A stretch of DNA of 64,000 bases, taken from Candidatus Magasanikiibacteriota bacterium (GTDB lineage: Bacteria > Patescibacteriota > Patescibacteriia > Magasanikbacterales > UBA922). Every line of letters starts with the position of its first letter. Within the stretch, counting starts at the first letter, position 1. The stretch spans positions 35,486-99,485 of the forward strand of contig JABIFP010000005.1 of the NCBI GenBank assembly GCA_018650645.1. Reading direction: 5' to 3'. Below the pieces are notes generated by a model. The model did not search any database and had not been told where the DNA came from. It worked only from the letters and a program-made list of their open reading frames with translations. Shown here piece by piece: positions 27,738 to 36,059 of this stretch. Both the position numbers and the translations under genes were made by a program.

Positions 27738-30041
27738 ATGAATCGCGGCAAGCTTGTAACAATTTTTTCTTTAGCACTCGCTTTGCCGGTGTTTATTGGC
27801 TTGTCAGTTGCGGGTGTTGCTCTTGCTGCTACTGTTGATGTAACGGCAACTGTTCCAGCACTCTGTGGAAATGGTGTAAAAGAAGGAGCCGAGGCGTGTG
27901 ATGGAGGAGATATTGGAACGACGTGTGGATTACAAGGATTTGATGCTGGTGCGATAAGTTGCAGTGGGACTTGTACGCTTGATGTGAGCGCCTGTACAAA
28001 TGATGATGGTGGAGCTGGAGCAATGGTACCGCCACCTGTTGTTAATCCTCCGGCACCAGATCCTGAACCAGAACCAGAGCCGGAACCTATAGATCCACCA
28101 GTAGAACCAGAACCAGAACCTGAACCTGTTGATCCACCTGCTGAACCGGAGCCTATTGATCCACCAGATCCAGATCCAGATGATCCACCAGCGCCAGATC
28201 CAGATCCTGCTGATCCACCTATAGAACCAGCGCCAGATAATGGAAACAACAATGCTCCACCGGCGATTATTCCAGTACCAGCACAGCCGCCTGTGGCACT
28301 CCCTCCGGTAAATAATGTTGTTGGGAATGCCGGCGGTGGTCTTGCACCAATTGATGAAAATTTGGTGCAAGGATTTGCATTTTGGGTTGGAAATCGTACC
28401 TTTAGTGTTGCGCCGCATCAAGGCAGGCTGACTTCACTAGCCGGAGACACTATTTCTATTGCTTCAAGGGTTGGGGCAGATCCAGCAGAAACTATTTTAG
28501 CGATTCGGATGGTAATTGGTCAGGATATTATCGTATTTAAAAAAGGAAATGATGGAAGTTGGTATACCGATGTAAAAATGCCAGCACCCGGGTCCTATAG
28601 AACGGTTATTGAAACAACACATAAGTCAGGGAAAGTAGAGCAGTTTGAGCTTATATTTGTGTCTGCTTCGTATGGACGAGTAACACAGTCTGGAAGTGGT
28701 GATCCTATTGCGTCTGCAAATGTGCAGCTGTTAGATAGTAACGCTGGTGGCCTGTGGGATGGAGGACCGTTTGGACAAGCAAACCCTATGGCGGCCTCAG
28801 AAAGTGGATATTATGGATATCTGGTACCAAATGGAACCTATCAGTTAATAGTTGAGCATGAAGGATATAAGCGCAGAGAAACACTAACGTTTGAAGTGCG
28901 CGATCATGTCATTAATAACAATTTAAAATTAATCGTAGAAGCTGCAGAACTTGCAGAGGTGCTCGATATATTTAATTCTGACGCGAGTGCTTCAGAAAAA
29001 ATTGCAGCATCAGTAAATGTAATTACCGGAGCTACCAAAGAAACATTGCTCGAAGCTGCAGAAACAATTACGGATGTTGCCAGAAAGATTGATGATGCCG
29101 CAGATAATCCGCAGGTTGAGGAAGTGACGCAAGAGGTTGTTGCCCCGGCTTTAGTAACAGTAGCTACGGCTGCGGTTGTGCCATCACTTTGGGGAACGGC
29201 GCTGCCACTACTCAGATACATTTTCTTGCAACCATTCTTACTCCTCGGTAGAAGAAAAAGAAAAGAGTGGGGAGTGGTATATAATTCACTTACCAAGTTA
29301 CCGATTGATCTTGCAACCATTCGTTTAATCGATGAGGCTACAGGAAAGATTAAGCAGTCAAGAGTAACAGATGCCGGAGGACGATACTTGTTTGTTGTGG
29401 AGCCTGGAGCGTATAAAATTGAAGTGATGAAGCAAGGGTTTACGTTTCCTACATCGGTGTTGCAGGGAATTTCGGCAGACGGAGAATTTTTGGATATTTA
29501 TCATGGTGAAGGCATTAAAGCCACAGCAGAAAAAATTGGTTTAACGCCAAATATTCCAGTCGATCCGGCAGGCAAACATAAAACACCAAGACGTATTGTC
29601 CGTGATAAATTTTTACGCGCATTGCAGCATACAATTTCTGTTGCGGGTGTGATTCTTTCTGGTGTTGCTTTGTATATTACTCCAACACTGACAACCAAAA
29701 TTATTTTGGGGGTAAATGTTGCTCTCTATCTTATCTTTATGCGATTTGTGAAGCCACCAAAACCATCCGGATGGGGGCTTGTGTCTGAGCGTGGAGGAAA
29801 AGAACTGAAAAATGCTGTAGTACGACTCTTTACGAAGGAATACAATAAGCTCGTTTCAACACAGGTAACAGATGCCAAAGGACGATACGCTTTTTTGGTG
29901 GGGCCGAATGATTATTATGTAAAAGTAAGTAAGCCGGGGTATCAAGAATTTAAGAGTGACGACATTGCGGTGAAAGGAAAGAAGGCGAGTTCAAAGGTGT
30001 TGAAGGAGAACATTGAGGTGGATAAGGAGGATAATAAATAA
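27738..30041 (+). CDS. Large cell-surface protein: signal peptide, Cys-rich repeat module, Pro/Glu-rich linker, three CarboxypepD_reg-like beta-sandwich repeats, C-terminal TM helices
   Basis: CGNGVKEGAEACDGGDIGTTCG...CSGTCTLDVSAC; PEPEPEP/DPP linker; GYYGYLVPNGTYQLIVEHEGY, GRYLFVVEPGAYKIEVMKQGF and GRYAFLVGPNDYYVKVSKPGYQE repeats. Confidence 0.7.
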   Translation: MNRGKLVTIFSLALALPVFIGLSVAGVALAATVDVTATVPALCGNGVKEGAEACDGGDIGTTCGLQGFDAGAISCSGTCTLDVSACTNDDGGAGAMVPPPVVNPPAPDPEPEPEPEPIDPPVEPEPEPEPVDPPAEPEPIDPPDPDPDDPPAPDPDPADPPIEPAPDNGNNNAPPAIIPVPAQPPVALPPVNNVVGNAGGGLAPIDENLVQGFAFWVGNRTFSVAPHQGRLTSLAGDTISIASRVGADPAETILAIRMVIGQDIIVFKKGNDGSWYTDVKMPAPGSYRTVIETTHKSGKVEQFELIFVSASYGRVTQSGSGDPIASANVQLLDSNAGGLWDGGPFGQANPMAASESGYYGYLVPNGTYQLIVEHEGYKRRETLTFEVRDHVINNNLKLIVEAAELAEVLDIFNSDASASEKIAASVNVITGATKETLLEAAETITDVARKIDDAADNPQVEEVTQEVVAPALVTVATAAVVPSLWGTALPLLRYIFLQPFLLLGRRKRKEWGVVYNSLTKLPIDLATIRLIDEATGKIKQSRVTDAGGRYLFVVEPGAYKIEVMKQGFTFPTSVLQGISADGEFLDIYHGEGIKATAEKIGLTPNIPVDPAGKHKTPRRIVRDKFLRALQHTISVAGVILSGVALYITPTLTTKIILGVNVALYLIFMRFVKPPKPSGWGLVSERGGKELKNAVVRLFTKEYNKLVSTQVTDAKGRYAFLVGPNDYYVKVSKPGYQEFKSDDIAVKGKKASSKVLKENIEVDKEDNK
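28045..28245 (+). repeat. Low-complexity tandem coding repeat (xDPP-xEPEPEP) inside the surface-protein gene
   Basis: Visible nucleotide periodicity ccagaaccagaacc / gatccacc; produces spurious GS-rich and W/R-rich ORFs on the opposite strand. Confidence 0.7.
29975..30028 (+). repeat. Direct repeat copy 1 (3' end of the surface-protein CDS, encodes ...SSKVLKENIEVDKE)
   Basis: ~85% identical to 31075..31130; the 42-bp core GAGTTCRAAGGTGTTGAARGARAAYATTGAGGTGGATAAGGA. Confidence 0.7.
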
Positions 30042-30056
30042 TGGAAAGATACGTAT

Positions 30057-31043
30057 ATGCAAATAACGGGAGAAGGACGGCGAGTTGAGCGGAAGGAACA
30101 AGAAAAGATGCCAGAAGTGATGTTTTATTTTTCATCTCATGTAAGCGCATCAGATTTTGAGGGTATGCGTAATGCGTTTGAAGAAGCTGATGTGTACTTC
30201 AGTGAAGCACATGGTTGGAAACAAGAAGACGCAGAATATTTAAATGCTATTTCTGAGGGAACAAAAACACCGCCTCATATGCAAGAGGGGCGCGTAGCAA
30301 AAACAGCTCTAGAGCTGGAAGAGGAGCTTCTGTTTTGTTCGCATAAACCAGTATATTTTGTTGACATACCGTCTGGGCACGAACTGGAGGATGCTGATGA
30401 TGGAATGGAAACATTAAAGCGTGCAGCGGAGGAATTTGTGTACAGAACATTTGAGCTGGCAGAGCAGCAAACGTTGAGTGCTGCAAAAAAGACTGCATTG
30501 TTTTTGAACAGGAAGGATAAGTACATAGCAGATAAAATCAGAGAAGATTTGCCAAAGATTATTCGTGAGAATCCAACATTAAAAGAAAAAAATAAAGTAA
30601 CGGCACTTGTGCAAATGGGAGCTTCCCATTCTCCAATTAGGCACCACGCTCCTCGGGAGTTTGTAGCTTCAAGCGCAGAAAAATCTACGCTTGTTTTTGG
30701 TTTCGAGGATGAACTAATCCGTCGATACCGATTCGAAAAAGAAATTCAACCTGATTTGCCGGCAAAAGCTGTCTTTGAACACCTCTTAAGAGAGGAATTT
30801 GCTGATGAAATTGAGCGGGCCCCCGATCAACTATTTGTCCTTGGATTGCGAGACCTTCTGAAAAGCATTAGTAGAGAGCAGCTGCAGCAGGTTTCATTTT
30901 GGGTTGTATATAGAATGACTTCCAGGGATGATGCAGATGAAAAAGATGTTATCAAAGAAGTGGTGAAGCGCCTTCTTCAAATTGATTTAGGAGATTTTTT
31001 TGAGGGCATTAATAGCGGCTCTGAAAATAAACGCACAGAGTAA
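30057..31043 (+). CDS. Hypothetical cytoplasmic protein, inserted between the two direct-repeat copies
   Basis: Long ORF with no signal peptide or TM helix and acidic composition; no family recognised; the real start may be MPEVMFYF. Confidence 0.5.
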   Translation: MQITGEGRRVERKEQEKMPEVMFYFSSHVSASDFEGMRNAFEEADVYFSEAHGWKQEDAEYLNAISEGTKTPPHMQEGRVAKTALELEEELLFCSHKPVYFVDIPSGHELEDADDGMETLKRAAEEFVYRTFELAEQQTLSAAKKTALFLNRKDKYIADKIREDLPKIIRENPTLKEKNKVTALVQMGASHSPIRHHAPREFVASSAEKSTLVFGFEDELIRRYRFEKEIQPDLPAKAVFEHLLREEFADEIERAPDQLFVLGLRDLLKSISREQLQQVSFWVVYRMTSRDDADEKDVIKEVVKRLLQIDLGDFFEGINSGSENKRTE

Positions 31044-31074
31044 AGTAGCAAAAAATTTATTTTACAAAAGCGGA

Positions 31075-31130
31075 AAAGGAAAGAGGGTGAGTTCGAAGGT
31101 GTTGAAAGAAAATATTGAGGTGGATAAGGA
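31075..31130 (+). repeat. Direct repeat copy 2 (outside any annotated CDS; would encode ...SSKVLKENIEVDKEST*)
   Basis: All four differences inside the shared 14-codon core are synonymous relative to copy 1. Confidence 0.7.
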
Positions 31131-31144
31131 ATCCACATAGTAAT

Positions 31145-31180
31145 AAAAAAAGACTTCCGTGCAAGGGAGTCTTTTTTTAT
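31145..31180. terminator. Rho-independent terminator (AGACTTCC-gtgcaa-GGGAGTCT followed by TTTTTTT)
   Basis: Hairpin plus T tract immediately after repeat copy 2. Confidence 0.65.
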
Positions 31181-31184
31181 TTGT

Positions 31185-31598
31185 TTATCTACAGAGCCAC
31201 ATGTTCGCTTCTTCTTCTGATGTGAATATATTAATCTTTTTATTCTTTTTTGCAAACAAACTGAGAACAAACGATGCAATTTTATGTTGAGTGTCCGTAT
31301 CATCCACAAGAATCGCTATTTTTTCAAAGGCTGGGTGATTGATGAGTTTTTCGTATTGTTTTGTAGAGTGTTTACTCATTGAATACACTTTTGTGGTTGC
31401 TGTATCAACAGATACTCGCCATATCAAATCAGGATATGTTTTGTGGACGGCCATAATTTCTTTGGCCACAAGGTCACTTTGCAGATCAATGTTTTCTTTT
31501 CCAACATCAGCGCTAATAAATCGTAATGCTATTCGTTTACTCGCTTCATCAGCTTCCACTGAGAACGTTTTTTTCAATACTTCTGCCGTGTGTTTCAT
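31185..31598 (-). CDS. STAS-domain (SpoIIAA-like / DUF4325-type) protein
   Basis: Size and the C-terminal ...INIFTSEEEANMWL pattern are typical of SpoIIAA-like STAS proteins. Confidence 0.45.
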   Translation of the reverse strand: MKHTAEVLKKTFSVEADEASKRIALRFISADVGKENIDLQSDLVAKEIMAVHKTYPDLIWRVSVDTATTKVYSMSKHSTKQYEKLINHPAFEKIAILVDDTDTQHKIASFVLSLFAKKNKKINIFTSEEEANMWLCR

Positions 31599-31607
31599 AC
31601 AACAAAA

Positions 31608-33572
31608 TTATTTTGTAATAGTTTTTACTTGTTTGGCAATGTGCTTTGCGCTAATGCCGGCTGCGTCATACAGGTCGGCTGCAGTGCCAGATAATTGATA
31701 ATGATCTACGCCGAGAGCAATATGTTTTTTCACACTTACACCTTTATCCTGAAGCATACGAGCAATTTGAGAAGCGTACCCAGAATGCGTATTGTGATCT
31801 TCAACAGTAATGAGTTGTTTTGTCTTTTTAATAGAGTTTAACAGTGCGTTTCCAAACTTCTTTGGTGATGTCATAATCACCAGCTCAACACTGAGTTTTG
31901 GTGATGTTTTTTTAAGGGATTCCCAAGCCTGCAGGGCTTCAATAACCATCGGACCACTCGCGGCTATAGTTACATCTGTTCCTTTGCGTAGTACGTGGCA
32001 ATCGCCATACGTATAGGTGTAATCTTTTCCAAATAGTGGTTTACCTTGCGCTGACGTAAGTACCGGAATTTTGTGTCTACCCATGCGCATGTATACATTA
32101 CCATAATGAGATGCGCTATAGCGAACCATTGCATCACATTGGTTTGGGTCAGCTGGTTCCATGACCATAGTATTGAATAATCCGAGCATTGAACCCATAT
32201 CATCAATTGCCTGATGGGTTGGTCCATCTTCTCCAACAGAAAGACCACAATGAGTGGCTACCATTTTAACATTTGCTTGATTCAAATCATTTACGCGTGC
32301 CTGATCTTTTGCGCGGCTTGTCATGAATGCGCCAAAGGTAGAGCAAAATGGGAGCATACCGTGAAGGCTTAATCCTCCAGAGCAAGAGACCATGTGTTGT
32401 TCAGCTACGCCAACATCAATATGTCTTTCAGGGTAGTGTTCTTTTACGCCGCTTGTTTTTACTGAATCTGCAACATCAGCTGTAAGCGCAATTACATTGG
32501 CATTTCGTTTTGCTAGATCGAGTAATGCGTTTCCGTAGGCGCTTCTGCAATCTGTGAGAGTGTCTGCGCTATAGGTCTTTCGTTGACCAGTCTTAACCTT
32601 TGGCATGGGTGTACCAAGTGGTAAAAATACTGGATCCTCTGGTTTCCATCTACCTTTTCCTACGCTAGAAAGTGCTTTTCGTTCTTGCCCAGATAATGTA
32701 AGCGATTCGAGCATAGTATCAGCAACTTCAGGTTTTGGTGCGTTGCCGTGCCAGGTTGCACGTTTCAGTCTACCTTCTTTCTCCATTCCTTTAATGCCTT
32801 TTCCCATAATGGTTTTTGCAAGCAGAAGAATGGGTTTTCCATTTTGTCTATACGCGCGCGAAAGTGCCCGCCACATGGCGGTGATATTATGGCCGTCTAC
32901 TTCAATAACTTTCCAGCCAGCTGCTTCCCATAGTTTTGCAGGGGAAATTGGCATAATCGATTTTAACGATCCACTCAGCTGCACACTGTTGTAATCCATG
33001 AAGACAATAAAATTATCAAGCTTGTATTTGGCCGCAAAGTTCATCATTTCGTATACCTGTCCTTCTTGCGATTCGCCATCTCCAATAAGAGCAAATACAT
33101 GTTTTTTTGAGTTGCGTAATTTTTCTGCAAGTGCAAAACCGGCGGCAGCACTCACTCCTGCACCAAGTGGGCCTGTACCAAAGTCTACTCCTGGTACATG
33201 TCTGGTAACGTGGCCTTCAAATTGAGAACCTATGTGTCTAAACGAATCGATAACTTCCTGTTTTTTTACATAGCCAAGCTGTGCAAGTACAGCATATACC
33301 GCCGGAGAAATATGACCATTTGATACCACAACTTTCTCTCCAGTTCTGCTGATGATTTGGGTATATAAAAGAGAAAGGTAATCAATACAACCAGCCGAGC
33401 CTCCTGGGTGACCACTTTGCGATTGGCGTAGCATGGAAATAATGGTGTGACGGCAATCTTTGGCAAACGCGTGTATTCCTTCAACGCGCTTTTTTGTGAG
33501 CGGCTTGAATTGCATAGAAGTATTTATGAATGATTGTATTGTAGCATATCGAGAGGTTTCTCTCTTGTGCAA
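31608..33572 (-). CDS. tkt: Transketolase
   Basis: TPP-binding N-terminus (HPGGSAGCIDYLSLLYT...SNGHISPAVYAVL...GPLGAGVSAAAGFALAE), pyrimidine-binding and C-terminal domains. Confidence 0.9.
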   Translation of the reverse strand: MHKRETSRYATIQSFINTSMQFKPLTKKRVEGIHAFAKDCRHTIISMLRQSQSGHPGGSAGCIDYLSLLYTQIISRTGEKVVVSNGHISPAVYAVLAQLGYVKKQEVIDSFRHIGSQFEGHVTRHVPGVDFGTGPLGAGVSAAAGFALAEKLRNSKKHVFALIGDGESQEGQVYEMMNFAAKYKLDNFIVFMDYNSVQLSGSLKSIMPISPAKLWEAAGWKVIEVDGHNITAMWRALSRAYRQNGKPILLLAKTIMGKGIKGMEKEGRLKRATWHGNAPKPEVADTMLESLTLSGQERKALSSVGKGRWKPEDPVFLPLGTPMPKVKTGQRKTYSADTLTDCRSAYGNALLDLAKRNANVIALTADVADSVKTSGVKEHYPERHIDVGVAEQHMVSCSGGLSLHGMLPFCSTFGAFMTSRAKDQARVNDLNQANVKMVATHCGLSVGEDGPTHQAIDDMGSMLGLFNTMVMEPADPNQCDAMVRYSASHYGNVYMRMGRHKIPVLTSAQGKPLFGKDYTYTYGDCHVLRKGTDVTIAASGPMVIEALQAWESLKKTSPKLSVELVIMTSPKKFGNALLNSIKKTKQLITVEDHNTHSGYASQIARMLQDKGVSVKKHIALGVDHYQLSGTAADLYDAAGISAKHIAKQVKTITK

Positions 33573-33618
33573 AAGTGATATCTGTGATATTACATGTGCA
33601 TCGCAATCGGGCGATTGA

Positions 33619-33990
33619 ATGGAGAGGGCAATGGGAGAGATGTTTGCCGAGTTCGGGCGGCTTCACTATGAGGTCCGGGAGTTGCGGCGGGATGTGCTGT
33701 ATATGCTTCGTCAGCTGGATGTACGCGGGTACACCACGCCGCGGGGTTTGGCACGCAAGTTTCGCAGCTGTGCGCGCGGTGCTGCGCGTCTGCACTTCGG
33801 TATGCGCTGGCTTTCGGTGGAACAGCTCCATCGCGGGACCGTGTTTTACGTTCCGTACATTGGGACATGCGTGTATCGCGGAGAATGTTCTGCGATGGTG
33901 GTTCACAGCGTGCTGTGGAAGTACCATCACGGTGATGTTGTTCGGCTGCCTGGTTACCAGCAGGTCAGGACCTTGCTGCCGCTGCCGTAG
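33619..33990 (+). CDS. Small hypothetical protein (GC-rich island 1, ORF A)
   Basis: High GC3 codon bias; GGAGAGGG lies 5-8 nt before the second ATG; no family recognised. Confidence 0.3.
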   Translation: MERAMGEMFAEFGRLHYEVRELRRDVLYMLRQLDVRGYTTPRGLARKFRSCARGAARLHFGMRWLSVEQLHRGTVFYVPYIGTCVYRGECSAMVVHSVLWKYHHGDVVRLPGYQQVRTLLPLP

Positions 33991-34125
33991 CCTACACGGC
34001 TGAAGATGAAAGGGGGAGGCGGCCAATGGCCGCAGGAGGGATGGGCGCTCGTAGGAGCGCCTTTTCTTTTTGCATTATTCTTTCTCTATGCTATTCTTTT
34101 CGCAGGATGTGACAGGGAGGAGAAG

Positions 34126-34548
34126 ATGTCCAATCACAGGGTGACGATTCGGCTTGTAGAAAAGCCGCGGAAGGGGCACACGCAGGTCCTGATCGAGGAT
34201 GGGTCGATTCGCGTCGACCCGGAAGTGCCGCCGTTGTATGTGCAGCAGGGAAGAGCCTTGCTCGCGGAGGTGTCGGTGCAAGTGCCAAAGCCGCATCAGG
34301 CCGAGTTTGGGCATGTAGCCGTTTCCTGCATCCAGTGGGGCATGGCAGCTCAGCTGGAAGGCGTGCAGGATGGGGCTCCAAACACTCCGGCTTTCTATTC
34401 CGTAGAGATGCGGGATGTCTGGGTTGCTGCCGGTAAGGCATTGGAGGAAAATAGGCAGCGCCGCGAGCGGGAGGCTTTGCAGCGAGGCCGTGAGCATCAT
34501 GCCTTAGTTTGCGCAGTGCGGGCAGAGCGCAATGGGAATGAGCCCTGA
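34126..34548 (+). CDS. Small hypothetical protein (GC-rich island 1, ORF B)
   Basis: Strong SD GGGAGGAGAAG before ATG MSNHRVTIRLVEKP...; high GC3. Confidence 0.3.
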   Translation: MSNHRVTIRLVEKPRKGHTQVLIEDGSIRVDPEVPPLYVQQGRALLAEVSVQVPKPHQAEFGHVAVSCIQWGMAAQLEGVQDGAPNTPAFYSVEMRDVWVAAGKALEENRQRREREALQRGREHHALVCAVRAERNGNEP

Positions 34549-34561
34549 GCATCAACCAAAA

Positions 34562-34581
34562 GGGCGACCCTCGGGTCGCCC
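34562..34581 (-). terminator. Perfect GC hairpin GGGCGACCC-tc-GGGTCGCCC; likely terminator for the minus-strand 34589..35781 genes
   Basis: 9-bp perfect stem; a T-run (ttttggttg) follows on the minus strand. Confidence 0.5.
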
Positions 34582-34588
34582 TACCAAC

Positions 34589-34921
34589 TTATAATAATGT
34601 ACGTACGTTTTCTGGTGGCCTTCCAAGGACCGCTTTTTTGTTATCTTTAATCACGATGGGCCGCTCGAGTAATATTGGATGTTGCGAAACAAGTTTCCGC
34701 AAAGCTTTTCCGGTAAGCGGCTTGTATGCGGTTTCTTTTTTTCGCACAAAGTTAGAGAGATCTGTTCCGAGAAGTATTTCGAGCTTAGCCAGCTCAGTTT
34801 CTGTTACCCCATCCTGCAAATAAAGAATAATTTCTGGAGTAATGCCTTCTGCTTCTAAAAGCGCAAGTGTTTCTCTGCTTTTTTTGCATCTAGGATTATG
34901 ATATATGCGGTATGAAGCCAT
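34589..34921 (-). CDS. ArsC/Spx/YffB-family thioredoxin-fold protein
   Basis: MASYRIYHNPRCKKSRETLALLEAEGI...LERPIV is the ArsC-family signature with the CxxS/R motif. Confidence 0.7.
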   Translation of the reverse strand: MASYRIYHNPRCKKSRETLALLEAEGITPEIILYLQDGVTETELAKLEILLGTDLSNFVRKKETAYKPLTGKALRKLVSQHPILLERPIVIKDNKKAVLGRPPENVRTLL

Positions 34922-34923
34922 AT

Positions 34924-35220
34924 CTATTGCACAAACAGCCAGCTAAAGAGCGCAATTTGCAAAGCAAGAATTACTGCCACTACAGCCTGAAAGCTTAGCT
35001 TCTTTGTTTTGTGTCTAAAATATTTCATGCCAAGAAGTGCACCAATCGATCCGCCAATAAGGGTAAACAACCACAATGATTTTTCAGAAACTCGGTCTCC
35101 TCGTTTACGTGCTCTGAGTTTATCAAAACCAAACGCAAAAAACGTAATAACATTGATAATTAAAAGATAGACAATGGCAATCTGTGTGCCAATAGGCAAT
35201 GTGAGCAAAAGTGCTTTCAT
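34924..35220 (-). CDS. DUF1294-family small membrane protein
   Basis: FFAFGFDKLRARKRGDRVSEKSLWLFTLIGGSIGALLGMKYFRHKTKK matches the DUF1294 pattern. Confidence 0.6.
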   Translation of the reverse strand: MKALLLTLPIGTQIAIVYLLIINVITFFAFGFDKLRARKRGDRVSEKSLWLFTLIGGSIGALLGMKYFRHKTKKLSFQAVVAVILALQIALFSWLFVQ

Positions 35221-35223
35221 ATA

Positions 35224-35781
35224 TTAGCTTTCGTCTGCAATAGCGACGGTGTAATGATATTTTCTGTCTTCATGAGAGAGGCGAATGAGCTGCTCTCTGA
35301 TAACATCTGGATGAGACACATCTTTAAACACAATATGTATATTGTTTGATGCTGTTTTAATGGTGACCACTCCATACTTCAGCAGCGTTGCAAAGAATCC
35401 GTGTACATCACTCGTTACATCTTGAATACGGAATAGGTCGAGTTCAGAAATAGTTCTTGAAAACAATCCAATCTGCTCAATATCTACAATCCTATCATTT
35501 GTAATAACCCACATGTCTAAATAGAAGACAATAAATTGCGTATAAAAGAACAGCAAAATACCAAGATAATAACAGCTCATAAGGAGAACTGATAGGGTAA
35601 AGGCAACGTCTGCGTTAAAGAGCTCTGGATAAATACTGCCAATCATTGCTCTTACAATAAGTGGCAAAGCGATGAGCACTAAAAAGAGAATAATTTTCGG
35701 AATAAACGTAAACCAATGCCTACGCAGTATGTATTGCACGTGTTCGTAGCTTTTCAGTTCCAAAAAATGCGAGACATTCAT
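35224..35781 (-). CDS. Membrane protein with a bacterial PH-like (YdbS/DUF304-like) domain
   Basis: Two N-terminal TM helices followed by a beta-rich cytoplasmic domain; family assignment is tentative. Confidence 0.45.
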   Translation of the reverse strand: MNVSHFLELKSYEHVQYILRRHWFTFIPKIILFLVLIALPLIVRAMIGSIYPELFNADVAFTLSVLLMSCYYLGILLFFYTQFIVFYLDMWVITNDRIVDIEQIGLFSRTISELDLFRIQDVTSDVHGFFATLLKYGVVTIKTASNNIHIVFKDVSHPDVIREQLIRLSHEDRKYHYTVAIADES

Positions 35782-35790
35782 ATATATGTA

Positions 35791-36051
35791 TTAAAACACT
35801 CCAGATATCCAGTCTATATTAAAGAGTGTTACCGGTTGGCGAAAATTGATACCTGCAGAAGTAATTGCTGTCCAGGTAAAGTACATAATTAGAGTAACAG
35901 AGGCAAAAACAAAGAAGGTCATGAAGAAACTTGGGAAGGTAAAACTTCCACTCGCAATGATGTGGTACAAGTTAATCAACATGAATGTGACAAATACCGC
36001 AACAAAAATCCAGTATAGGAAGAGGAATAGGTAAAGGGGAATTTGAAGCAT
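35791..36051 (-). CDS. Small hydrophobic membrane protein
   Basis: Three predicted TM helices in 86 aa; adjacent to and co-oriented with the upstream membrane genes. Confidence 0.35.
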   Translation of the reverse strand: MLQIPLYLFLFLYWIFVAVFVTFMLINLYHIIASGSFTFPSFFMTFFVFASVTLIMYFTWTAITSAGINFRQPVTLFNIDWISGVF

Positions 36052-36059
36052 GTCAGCAA

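Larger units (their letters stand above)
33600..34585. other. GC-rich micro-island 1 (~57-60% GC against ~40-45% flanks)
   Basis: Abrupt compositional shift read directly; ORFs occur in all six frames, as expected for high GC; two plus-strand ORFs are preceded by SD-like GGAG stretches. Confidence 0.6.

Noticed and set aside
27698-28421. Minus-strand ORFs of 184 aa (Gly/Ser-rich) and 163 aa (Trp/Arg-rich)
   Set aside because: They are antisense shadows of the PEPEPEP/DPP tandem-repeat region of the plus-strand surface-protein gene. The low-complexity repeat DNA keeps the opposite frames open.
33481-34555. Multiple overlapping ORFs of 90-180 aa on both strands inside GC-rich island 1 (for example 33481..34026 -, 33575..34003 +, 34075..34555 -)
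   Set aside because: High GC depletes stop codons, so all six frames stay open. Only the plus-strand ORFs preceded by Shine-Dalgarno sequences were kept, and those at low confidence.
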